From an uncultured Bacilli bacterium (lineage in GTDB: Bacteria; Bacillota_I; Bacilli_A; RF39; UBA660): 64,000 bases of DNA. Positions 29,764-38,638 of the stretch are shown here, one piece after another. The number at the start of each line of letters is the position of its first letter. The stretch's first letter is position 1. Under the pieces are notes generated by a model. It had not been told where the DNA came from. It worked only from the letters and a program-made list of their open reading frames with translations, and did not search any database. Both the position numbers and the translations under genes were made by a program. The DNA lies in assembly GCA_934149105.1 (NCBI GenBank), contig CAKPDP010000001.1:70438-134437 (forward strand). The letters run 5' to 3'.

Positions 29764-32058
29764 ATGTTTGGTAATTTTACTGATGAAGCACAAAAAATAT
29801 TGATACAAGCTAAAATAGAAATGTGTAGTTTAAAACATCCTTATGTTGGAAGTGAACATTTAATATTGTCTTTATTAAATAATGATAAAGATATAGCAGA
29901 TAAATTAAAGAAATATAATTTAAATTATGAAGAATTTAAGAAAGAGATAATAAAAGTAATAGGAGTAGGGAGTAAGAAGAGTGAATTATATTTATATACA
30001 CCTCTGTTAAAGAAAATAATTCAGAATGCTATTTTAGATAGTAAAGATAATAATAATGGGGTAGTTACTACTAATCATTTGTTTTTAGCATTACTAGAAG
30101 AAGGAGAAGGAATTGCTATTAGAATTATGCTAGGAATGGGAATTGATTTAGAGGCTTTGTATGATGATTTTTCTTTTAAGTTAGTTAATAAGAGAAAGAA
30201 TAATGATAAGAAATTATTATTATATAAATTAGGGATAGATTTGACAGAGATGGCTGGTAAGAAAGAAATAGATCCGGTAGTGGGAAGAGAGAAAGAGATT
30301 AATAGATTATTAGAGATATTAGGAAGAAGGACTAAGAATAATCCTTTATTAATAGGTAAAGCTGGGGTAGGGAAGACGGCTATTGTAGAGGAGCTAGCTA
30401 GGTTGATAGTAGAAGAAAAGGTACCTGATAATTTACGATCTAAGAAGATTATTTCTTTAGATATGGCTTCGGTAGTAGCGGGAACTAAGTATCGAGGAGA
30501 ATTTGAAGAAAAGATGCAGAGAATATTAGAAGAACTAGAGAATAATAAAGATCTAATTTTATTTATTGATGAGGTGCATACTTTAGTAGGAGCAGGTGGT
30601 GCGGAAGGAGCGATAGATGCTTCTAATATATTTAAACCGGTTTTAGCGAGAGGGCAAATTAGATGTATAGGAGCAACTACGGAGATGGAATATAAAAAGT
30701 TTATTGAAGTTGATAAGGCTTTGGATAGAAGATTTCAAAAGATATATGTTGACGAACCTGATAGAAAGACTACTAAGAATATATTAATGTCTCTTAAAAG
30801 TATATATGAGAGTTATCATAAGGTAGAGATCAGTGAAGAGATAATTGATAAGATTATTAGTTTATCGGATAAATATATTTATAATGCTAATAGGCCTGAT
30901 AAGGCAATTGATGTTTTAGATGAGGTATGTTCAATGGTTAGTATGAAGAAGGATGATAATGAAGAAAAATTGGGAGTATTAAGAAAAGAACTAGAAGATA
31001 TTCAAAATGAGAAGAATAGTTATATTATTGATAATGATATAGATAAGGCTTTGGAACTTAGGAAAAAAGAGGGAAAGCTTATATCTAAATTAAATACTAT
31101 GGAGTTAGAATATAGAAAAGTGTTAAAAAAAGTTACTGTTTATGATGTGGCTTATGTTATTAATGTAAAGACAAAGATTCCGGTATATGAGATTATGCAG
31201 GATAATGAGAAGATTATAAAGAAGATCGAGAGTGGTCTTAAGAGAGAGATAATTGGTCAGGATAAGGCTATAGAGAAGATAATAGATATTACGAAAAGAA
31301 TTAAATTGGGATATAAGGATAGTAAGGTTTATTCTATGTTATTTATTGGGCCTACGGGAGTAGGCAAGACGAAGCTTGCAAAGTTATTTTCAGAACTTGT
31401 GTTTGGGAGAGATAGTTTAATTAGGCTAGATATGAGTGAATATGGAGATAGTATGGGAGTTAATAAGATTTTAGGATCGGCTCCGGGATATGTTGGGTAT
31501 TCTGATAATAAGAATGTGTTAGAGATGGTTAAGAATAATCCTAATAGTGTTATATTAATGGATGAGATAGATAAGGCTCATAGTAGTGTTATAAATATTA
31601 TGTATCAGATTCTTGATGAGGGGAGAATTAAAGATAGCAAAGGGGAAGTAGTTAGGTTTGATAATACGGTTATTATTATGACTTCTAATGTGGGTTATGA
31701 GACTAATATGGTTGGTTTTAATGAGGGAAGTAGTGTTAATAGGGATCTTAAAAATATGTTTAGTATGGCATTTATTAATAGAATAGATGATATTATTAAA
31801 TTTAATAGATTAGATAGTAATAGTATTATAAAGATAATTAAGAAAGATTTAAAGAAATTAGAAAATAAATATAAAGATATAAATTTAGATATTAGTAATA
31901 ATATAATAAAAGAAATAGAAGAGTTAGCGGATTATGAGAATTTTGGAGCAAGAAAGGTAGAAAAGATTATTGAAACAAAATTAGAAAATGTAATTATAGA
32001 TTTAATTATAAGGGGAAATAAAGAAATAAAAGTAAATAGTTTAAAAGTTAGTAATTAG
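29764..32058 (+). CDS. clpC: ClpC-like AAA+ ATPase (two nucleotide-binding domains, Clp_N repeats)
   Basis: Clp_N repeat (GSEHLILSLL), Walker A GKAGVGKTAIVE and GPTGVGKTKLAK, 764 aa. Confidence 0.85.
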   Translation: MFGNFTDEAQKILIQAKIEMCSLKHPYVGSEHLILSLLNNDKDIADKLKKYNLNYEEFKKEIIKVIGVGSKKSELYLYTPLLKKIIQNAILDSKDNNNGVVTTNHLFLALLEEGEGIAIRIMLGMGIDLEALYDDFSFKLVNKRKNNDKKLLLYKLGIDLTEMAGKKEIDPVVGREKEINRLLEILGRRTKNNPLLIGKAGVGKTAIVEELARLIVEEKVPDNLRSKKIISLDMASVVAGTKYRGEFEEKMQRILEELENNKDLILFIDEVHTLVGAGGAEGAIDASNIFKPVLARGQIRCIGATTEMEYKKFIEVDKALDRRFQKIYVDEPDRKTTKNILMSLKSIYESYHKVEISEEIIDKIISLSDKYIYNANRPDKAIDVLDEVCSMVSMKKDDNEEKLGVLRKELEDIQNEKNSYIIDNDIDKALELRKKEGKLISKLNTMELEYRKVLKKVTVYDVAYVINVKTKIPVYEIMQDNEKIIKKIESGLKREIIGQDKAIEKIIDITKRIKLGYKDSKVYSMLFIGPTGVGKTKLAKLFSELVFGRDSLIRLDMSEYGDSMGVNKILGSAPGYVGYSDNKNVLEMVKNNPNSVILMDEIDKAHSSVINIMYQILDEGRIKDSKGEVVRFDNTVIIMTSNVGYETNMVGFNEGSSVNRDLKNMFSMAFINRIDDIIKFNRLDSNSIIKIIKKDLKKLENKYKDINLDISNNIIKEIEELADYENFGARKVEKIIETKLENVIIDLIIRGNKEIKVNSLKVSN

Positions 32059-32118
32059 ACTATTGACACATACATTTGTTTATATTATAATTAGTAATGT
32101 GAATAGATGGAGGTAAAG

Positions 32119-33180
32119 ATGGAGTATATAATTTTAGGCGGGATTGTGGTTATTGTTATTTTACTTATTATTTTAATTTTAAAAGGGAATAATAGTAATG
32201 AAACAATTGAAAGATTGGGTAAGTTAGAGACAACAACAGTTAAGGAACTTTCAGAATTTAAATTAGATATAGTTAAGGGATTGTCAGATGATTTTGAAAA
32301 GACTAATAATATGTTAGAGAATAGACTTAGAATGATGAATGATCGAGTTAATGAACGTTTAGATGATAATTTTAATAGAACAAATAAGACTTTTACGTCG
32401 GTGTTAGAGAGATTATCGAAGATTGATGAAGCTCAAAAGAAAATAGATACTTTATCAACAGATATTGTTTCTTTACAGAGTATTTTGACAGATAAAAAGA
32501 GTAGAGGAATATTTGGAGAAGTTAATTTAAAACATATATTAGTTAGTATTTTTGGGGAGAAAAATGATAAGATTTATAGATTACAATATGGCTTTGATAA
32601 TGGAACAATAGCAGATGCGGTAATTTTTGCTCCAGAACCTTTAGGATTAGTGGCAATTGATTCTAAGTTTCCGTTAGAGCATTATCAAATCATGGTTGAT
32701 AAAAATAGAAGTCAGATGGAAAGAAATTTAGCAGAGAAGCAATTTAAGATCGATGTTAAAAAACATATAGATGCAATCAGTAGTAAATATATTATTCCTG
32801 GTGTTACTAGTGAACAGGCAATTATGTTTTTGCCGGCAGAGGCTTTATTTGCAGAGATTAATGCCTATCACTCTGATATTGTAGAGTACGCTAATAAGAA
32901 GAGAGTATGGATAACTTCGCCAACTACTTTGATGTCTACTTTTACTGTTATTCAAGTATTACTTAAAAATATGGAAAGAGATAAGTATACATCTGTTATT
33001 CATGAAGAGTTGAATAAATTGGGAATTGAATTTTCACGATATAAAGAAAGATGGGATAAGCTTTCAAGGAGTATTGAAACTGTCAACAAAGATGTGGAAA
33101 ATATAAATATAACGACTGATAAGATTTCCAAGAGATTTCAATCTATAAGTAGTGTTGAGATAAGTGATAAAATAAAATAA
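32119..33180 (+). CDS. rmuC: DNA recombination protein RmuC
   Basis: N-terminal TM, coiled coil, then RmuC nuclease-like core (DAVIFAPEP..VAIDSKFPLE, MFLPAEALF). The ATG at 32119 follows GGAGGT. Confidence 0.85.
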   Translation: MEYIILGGIVVIVILLIILILKGNNSNETIERLGKLETTTVKELSEFKLDIVKGLSDDFEKTNNMLENRLRMMNDRVNERLDDNFNRTNKTFTSVLERLSKIDEAQKKIDTLSTDIVSLQSILTDKKSRGIFGEVNLKHILVSIFGEKNDKIYRLQYGFDNGTIADAVIFAPEPLGLVAIDSKFPLEHYQIMVDKNRSQMERNLAEKQFKIDVKKHIDAISSKYIIPGVTSEQAIMFLPAEALFAEINAYHSDIVEYANKKRVWITSPTTLMSTFTVIQVLLKNMERDKYTSVIHEELNKLGIEFSRYKERWDKLSRSIETVNKDVENINITTDKISKRFQSISSVEISDKIK

Positions 33181-33236
33181 GAAAAAAATCCTGTTTTACT
33201 CTAAATAGATTAGAATATAATTTATTAGGGGTAAAA

Positions 33237-33446
33237 ATGATAAGGATTTTTTTGCTTGGAATAGGATTTTTTCTTATGGTGTATGGATTGTCGGTAATTA
33301 TAATATATTTAAATTTGCTTACTATTGGGTATAATTTTAGGGAATATGTTAATTTTATTATTAGAAGTTTTCCTGGATATTTTTTTATAATAGGACTTAT
33401 AATTGTTAGTTTGACTTTGAGGAAAAGAAAGAGGGATAATTTATGA
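33237..33446 (+). CDS. small two-TM membrane protein
   Basis: 69 aa, two hydrophobic helices, basic tail. Its stop overlaps the next start. Confidence 0.5.
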   Translation: MIRIFLLGIGFFLMVYGLSVIIIYLNLLTIGYNFREYVNFIIRSFPGYFFIIGLIIVSLTLRKRKRDNL

Positions 33447-34069
33447 GCTATGCTTATGATATAGTTTTGAATTTTAATAGAGTGTATTATGAGTTTTTTG
33501 AATGGAAAGAAGAAGATGAGATTGTTAATTTTAAGAAAATTGGATTATTTAAGGTAGATGATGATCGTTATTTAGATTTGAAATTTAGTGATGGAGAGGT
33601 TTCTCAGGGATTTCTAAAAGATGTGGAAGATAATTGTTATTTTAATGGGAATAATTTAGAGGATTTAGCTTGCTTGGTTAGTAATGGTAAAGAGGTAATG
33701 GGATTACTATTTACTAGGGATGGAATGTTAATAGGTAGAAGTAGTTTAATATTTGATGAAGAGGAAGAAGTGCTTGATGATATGATTAATATGAGAGAAT
33801 ATGTCATAGATTATAAGATTATAAAGAAAGGGGATAATAATATTTTAGCGAGGGTTATAGAAGATAGAAAAAGATATGTTATTGATTTTTTAAATGAAAA
33901 TAAGAGTATAGATATATATAAATATATTTATTATGATCTTTATGAAGAAGAGAAAGATGATATTAAGGCTATTAAAGATAGTTTTATTGATATTATAAAG
34001 AATAGTTGGGATAAGGAAGGAGATAAATTGTATCAGTGTATTAAGAATATTTTGGGGGTTAAGCAATAA
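33443..34069 (+). CDS. hypothetical acidic cytoplasmic protein
   Basis: 208-aa ORF translationally coupled to the preceding small membrane protein. No family recognised. Confidence 0.55.
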   Translation: MSYAYDIVLNFNRVYYEFFEWKEEDEIVNFKKIGLFKVDDDRYLDLKFSDGEVSQGFLKDVEDNCYFNGNNLEDLACLVSNGKEVMGLLFTRDGMLIGRSSLIFDEEEEVLDDMINMREYVIDYKIIKKGDNNILARVIEDRKRYVIDFLNENKSIDIYKYIYYDLYEEEKDDIKAIKDSFIDIIKNSWDKEGDKLYQCIKNILGVKQ

Positions 34070-34115
34070 AAAAAGTCTTAATGATTAGTCTTGCGATTAA
34101 TCAATTAAGAACTTT

Positions 34116-35351
34116 TTATTTATATTTTTTAGTATAAGATTTGTATTTTCCTTCAATAACAGTATCAGAGAAAGTTAAACCTTTTTCTTCTCTTAGTGAG
34201 ATTAGAGCTTTAGCAGTTATATTGCTATCTTCACTCTTTTTGTTTTCAACTAATTTACTAATAATAGCATCTTTACTATCTTTTAAAGATGGTTTTTCTT
34301 TTTGATCTAAACGATAGATAACATGATAACCATAAGAAGTTTTAATTGGTTCTGTTGAATAACTGTTTTCTTTAAGATCTTTTAAAGCACTTAAGAAAGT
34401 TGATTCTAAGTTAGCGTTCCATTCTTGGTAACTTAAATCTTCAAAAGTAGTACTATCTTTGTATTCTTCTTTTACCTGATCCCAAGTAGAACCATTTTTT
34501 AATTTGTCGATTATTTCTTGGGCTTTAGCCTTAGCATCATCATCAGAAACCTTATCACTAGTTTTTACTAGAATATGTTGACAGTTTATAGCACCATAAA
34601 CATTATCATTATAGTAGTTTTCAATGTCTTGATCGCTTAGATTGTTTTTGATATAGTCTTCTACATATCTAGTACGACGATTATCTAATTTTAGATAGTC
34701 TATTAGATCATCATAACTACCAAATCCCATAGCTTGAATAGCTGCATCTTGTTCATAATTATAAGATTGCTTGTATAAACTTATGTATTGTTCAGCTTTA
34801 TCTTCAGCTTCTTTAACCATGGTTTCATCTTCTGGATATAGTTTTTCTAAGACGATTTTATCGACATCATTTAAAATTTGACTAATATCATAGTAATCTT
34901 TCATTTCTTCATATAATTCATTAGCAGTAATTATTTTACCATCAATAGTTGCTACAGGTTGATTTCCATCTTCTAGAGTGGCTATTCTATCTGGCCAAAT
35001 GGCAACTGCTATAACAGTAGTTATGCCAACACCAACGATAAAGGCAATTAGAAGACTAAAAGTTTTATCCTCAGTTAGAGCTTTAAAGAAATTGTTATGT
35101 TTTTTCTCTTTCTTTAACATTTTAGCTAGTTTTTCATTAGCTACTCTCTTGTCACTTTTTTCTTTCTTTTCTTTTTCCTTTATTACAACGTCTTCTGTTA
35201 CTTTTTCTTCTTTAACAACTTTAGAATTGTTTTTAGAAGAGTTTACTTTAGATTTAGTAGAAGTTGTAGTTTTCTTTTGGGCAGTATTAGATGCCTTATC
35301 AACTTTAGCAGTTTTTTTAGAATTATCTGTTTCTTGTCCTTTTTTTGCCAT
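34116..35351 (-). CDS. prsA: membrane-anchored parvulin-type peptidylprolyl isomerase (PrsA-like foldase)
   Basis: Parvulin core HILVKT...SYGYHVIY and one TM helix. The ATG at 35351 sits behind GGAGAA (the track start is 14 codons upstream). Confidence 0.75.
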   Translation of the reverse strand: MAKKGQETDNSKKTAKVDKASNTAQKKTTTSTKSKVNSSKNNSKVVKEEKVTEDVVIKEKEKKEKSDKRVANEKLAKMLKKEKKHNNFFKALTEDKTFSLLIAFIVGVGITTVIAVAIWPDRIATLEDGNQPVATIDGKIITANELYEEMKDYYDISQILNDVDKIVLEKLYPEDETMVKEAEDKAEQYISLYKQSYNYEQDAAIQAMGFGSYDDLIDYLKLDNRRTRYVEDYIKNNLSDQDIENYYNDNVYGAINCQHILVKTSDKVSDDDAKAKAQEIIDKLKNGSTWDQVKEEYKDSTTFEDLSYQEWNANLESTFLSALKDLKENSYSTEPIKTSYGYHVIYRLDQKEKPSLKDSKDAIISKLVENKKSEDSNITAKALISLREEKGLTFSDTVIEGKYKSYTKKYK

Positions 35352-35458
35352 TGTTATTCTCCTTTCTAAAAAAGTACAATAATATGATAGCAAAAATATA
35401 GATAAAATTCAATATTTATTTGTAATTATGGGTAATTTTGGGAAGCTTTTTAGCACTC

Positions 35459-35486
35459 ACACTTTTGGATATTTTTTCATACAATA
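35459..35486 (+). promoter_or_regulatory. mother-cell sigma (sigmaK/sigmaE)-like promoter upstream of the tiny peptide pair
   Basis: AC (35459-35460), 17-nt spacer, CATACAATA (35478-35486). This fits the B. subtilis sigmaK consensus AC-N16/17-CATAnnnTA and the sigmaE -10 CATACAnT. Confidence 0.3.
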
Positions 35487-35519
35487 ATGTGAAAAGATAA
35501 AAAAGGAGGATTAGATAAT

Positions 35520-35600
35520 ATGGGAAATTGTGGTTCTAGTGCTGCTATCGTTTTAGTGTTGTTCATTTTGTTAATTATTATACTTGGAGCTTGGATTTAA
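35520..35600 (+). CDS. tiny TM peptide, YjcZ-like (26 aa), not in ORF track
   Basis: AGGAGG lies 11 nt upstream. Translation MGNCGSSAAIVLVLFILLIIILGAWI has the IVLVLFILLII core of the tiny_TM_bacill/YjcZ sporulation peptide family. Confidence 0.6.
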   Translation: MGNCGSSAAIVLVLFILLIIILGAWI

Positions 35601-35612
35601 AGGAGGTGTTTT

Positions 35613-35735
35613 ATGACAACTAATAATTCTTGTAATAATACATGCAGTTGTGGAACAACTGGTGGTAGGGGCTTTTTGATTATAGTTGTTTTATATATAT
35701 TATTAGCAATTATATTGGGCTCTTATTTCTTTTAA
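35613..35735 (+). CDS. tiny TM peptide, YjcZ-like (40 aa), not in ORF track
   Basis: AGGAGGTG lies 4 nt upstream. Translation MTTNNSCNNTCSCGTTGGRGFLIIVVLYILLAIILGSYFF is a tandem paralog of the preceding peptide. Confidence 0.6.
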   Translation: MTTNNSCNNTCSCGTTGGRGFLIIVVLYILLAIILGSYFF

Positions 35736-35806
35736 TAATAATAAAAAGACTATTTAATAGCCTTTTTAGAAATTTAATTAACATTAAGAGATACTTTTTG
35801 TGTCTC

Positions 35807-36505
35807 TTATTTTACTGTTGTTCCAATAGATCCTTCAAGGGCTTTGAAGATATTACCTTTGTTATTGTTATTGAAAACAATAATAGGAATGTTGTTTTCT
35901 TGACACATTATCATGGAAGTTAAATCCATTACTTGGAGATTATTGGTAATTACTTCTTGGAACGATACTTCTTTATATAACTTAGCATCAGGATATTTAT
36001 GAGGATCTTTATCATAGACGCCATCGACGTTGGTGGCTTTAAGAATAAGATCGGCATTTATTTCGGCAGCCCTTAGTGAAGAAGCAGTATCAGTAGAGAA
36101 ATAAGGGTTGTTGGTGCCACCAGAGAAAATAACAATGTTACCATTATTTAGGTAATTAATGCTTTTATCTTTAGTGTATAGTTCTACTAGGCGATCCATT
36201 TCGATGGCACTTTGAATTTTAGTGGGAACATTTAATTGTTCGAAGGCATCTTTTAAGACAAGGGCATTCATTTCGGTAGCAAGCATTCCGATTTTATCGG
36301 AATTGCATTTATCAAGATAAGTGTTAGAACGTCCTCTCCAGATGTTGCCACCACCAACAACGATAGCTAATTCAATATTTAATTGTTCTTTGACATTTTT
36401 GAGTTCTTGACATATATTGAGAACAGCATCAAAATCAATACCAAAATCTTGTGAACCTTTTAGGTATTCGCCACTTAATTTTATTAAAATTCTTTTATAT
36501 TTCAT
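35807..36505 (-). CDS. pyrH: UMP kinase
   Basis: YKRILIKLSGEYL, VVGGGNIWRG and TNVDGVYDKDP motifs. Confidence 0.92.
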   Translation of the reverse strand: MKYKRILIKLSGEYLKGSQDFGIDFDAVLNICQELKNVKEQLNIELAIVVGGGNIWRGRSNTYLDKCNSDKIGMLATEMNALVLKDAFEQLNVPTKIQSAIEMDRLVELYTKDKSINYLNNGNIVIFSGGTNNPYFSTDTASSLRAAEINADLILKATNVDGVYDKDPHKYPDAKLYKEVSFQEVITNNLQVMDLTSMIMCQENNIPIIVFNNNNKGNIFKALEGSIGTTVK

Positions 36506-36878
36506 TTACTTCTCCTTGATCATTAATTAATAAATTATAGACTTCATCAATAGTTAGAGTAGGATCTTGAGGATATTCTGGTATTAGATGAAGGTGATAG
36601 TGTTTTACTTCTTGAGCTTGGCCATTATTTTGAACTAGGATAATACTATCAGGATGTAGTTTAGTATTTAATAATTTACTAATGTTTTTGGCTGTTTTCA
36701 TGATGTGAGTTAATACTTCTAGATCTATATCTTGAAGATCAAGATAATGTTTTTTAGGAATTATTAGAGTATGTCCAGGGTGTCTGGGAGAGACATCTAA
36801 TAAAACTTTTACTATATTATCTTCATAGATAGTTTTAGAAGGAATTTCTCCATTAATTATTTTACAAAATATATCCAT
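36495..36878 (-). CDS. HIT family hydrolase
   Basis: CIFCKIING-like N-terminus (IFCKIINGEIP) and histidine triad HYHLHLIP. Confidence 0.88.
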   Translation of the reverse strand: MDIFCKIINGEIPSKTIYEDNIVKVLLDVSPRHPGHTLIIPKKHYLDLQDIDLEVLTHIMKTAKNISKLLNTKLHPDSIILVQNNGQAQEVKHYHLHLIPEYPQDPTLTIDEVYNLLINDQGEVNEI

Positions 36879-37098
36879 TTATATCACTTCCTTAGTTTGA
36901 TTATAACAAATATATGGTCGATGTTCTAGGTATTTAGAATAATTTATAAAAAAATAAAGTACTGTAAATAATTATGTTTAAAACTTATATTTTGTAACTT
37001 TAGTGTTAGAAAGATTGTTCTTGTAACTATATTTTTGTTTTCTACTAACAAAATATTTTCGGAAATAGGGATTAATACTAGTTCATTTATTGTTGATA

Positions 37099-37126
37099 AA
37101 AAAACTCCGTAAAGGAGTTTTTTGTG
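37099..37126. terminator. orphan bidirectional hairpin terminator
   Basis: aaaaaaactcc-gtaa-aggagtttttt. Perfect stem with A-run and T-run on either side. No annotated gene ends here. Confidence 0.5.
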
Positions 37127-37246
37127 TGGATATCTGCGAAATATCTATTATATTATGTTAGAAAAATGGTAATTATATACAGATAGTGGAGGATATTTGT
37201 AAAAATATAAATTTATTGTATAATATAATTAATAAGGAAGTAGATT

Positions 37247-38536
37247 ATGAAGAAGTTAAAGAATGTATTGATAGGAATAGGGATAATAATAGTAGTTATA
37301 ACGGGTATTACTATTATTAGTTTTAAGATACTTATGCCTTCTAAGAAGATAGGGTATAGAAAAAGTAATCTGGAAAAACAAGAAGAGATTATAAATAATT
37401 TAGAGAAGGGAAATTATTCTTTTGAAGAACCGAAGGTTGTTGTAAATCCGTTTGGAATTTCTCCTCTTACAGCGATGGTTATGTTTTATTTAGATCAGGT
37501 TGATACGATTAAGGTTATGGTTATGGATAAAGATGGGGTTAATGGTTATCAATATGAGATAGAGGGAAAGAAAAATAATTATATTCCAATATATGGTTTA
37601 TATCCTAATTATGAGAATACGGTTGTTATTAGGTGTAAGGATAAGAAAATAGTGTTAAAGATTAAGACTTCTGATATAGATTCTTTTGAAATTATTGATA
37701 ATTATAAAGATAAAGATATTAGCTTTGTGTCAGAGGATAATTATAGTTATGCAATTGACAGAAATGGGGATATTAGATGGTATTTAGAGGGATATGCTGG
37801 TAATTTAAATTGGGATAGTAATGGGCATTTTTTAATGCATTCTGAAAGAAAGATAGATAAGAATTATTATACGGGGCTAGTAGAAGTAGATATGTTAGGG
37901 AAGATCTATTATGAATATACTATTGATGCTGGTGTTAAGGGTAGTTATGTTAAGATGGATGATAATAATGTATATGTTTCTAGTTTGGGATATATTGATT
38001 TACTTAATTTACAGAGTGGAGATATTAGAAGTAAATTAAAGATAGATATTAGTTGCAATAATATGGAATATGATGATAATGTTATTAAGTGTTTTAATGA
38101 TAATGGTACTTATGAAATTAATAAAGAGACTGGGGAATATAAAGAATTAAATAAAGATAATTTGAGTAGTAAGATATATTATAATGATATGAATAGAGTT
38201 AGTAAGCTTAGAATTAGTAAGGGGATTAGTTTGGGAGATATGAGTACTACGAAGACTATTAAGAAAATGGTGTGGTTATTTAATTATAAGAAATTAAGTG
38301 ATAAAGATATAGATATTTATGAGGAGAGAGATAGGATTGTGGTTGATGGTAAATTTTCTTCTGAAACTTTTGTAATAATGGAAGGGTTAGGAGAGAAGAA
38401 AATTTACAAGTTAGATCAGAATAAAGATGATAATTACTATAAATATATTAATAAGAAAGGACTTAAGGGAAGATATAGTATATATTTTAAAGAAGGAGAA
38501 AAGCTTTATAGAAGTAATTATTATGTAGTTATTTAA
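37247..38536 (+). CDS. membrane-anchored arylsulfotransferase (ASST)-like beta-propeller protein
   Basis: N-terminal TM. VVVNPFGISPLTAMVMF and IPIYGLYPNYENTVVIR resemble the ASST N-terminal Ig-like domain. Assignment is from memory. Confidence 0.5.
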   Translation: MKKLKNVLIGIGIIIVVITGITIISFKILMPSKKIGYRKSNLEKQEEIINNLEKGNYSFEEPKVVVNPFGISPLTAMVMFYLDQVDTIKVMVMDKDGVNGYQYEIEGKKNNYIPIYGLYPNYENTVVIRCKDKKIVLKIKTSDIDSFEIIDNYKDKDISFVSEDNYSYAIDRNGDIRWYLEGYAGNLNWDSNGHFLMHSERKIDKNYYTGLVEVDMLGKIYYEYTIDAGVKGSYVKMDDNNVYVSSLGYIDLLNLQSGDIRSKLKIDISCNNMEYDDNVIKCFNDNGTYEINKETGEYKELNKDNLSSKIYYNDMNRVSKLRISKGISLGDMSTTKTIKKMVWLFNYKKLSDKDIDIYEERDRIVVDGKFSSETFVIMEGLGEKKIYKLDQNKDDNYYKYINKKGLKGRYSIYFKEGEKLYRSNYYVVI

Positions 38537-38638
38537 AATTTGAATGGTGTATAGAGAAAGATATTGTAATAAGTAATAATTATAGTTAATTTCTTTCTTT
38601 TTTTTATAGAGTTTGATATAATTAGTGTGGTGATGAAT

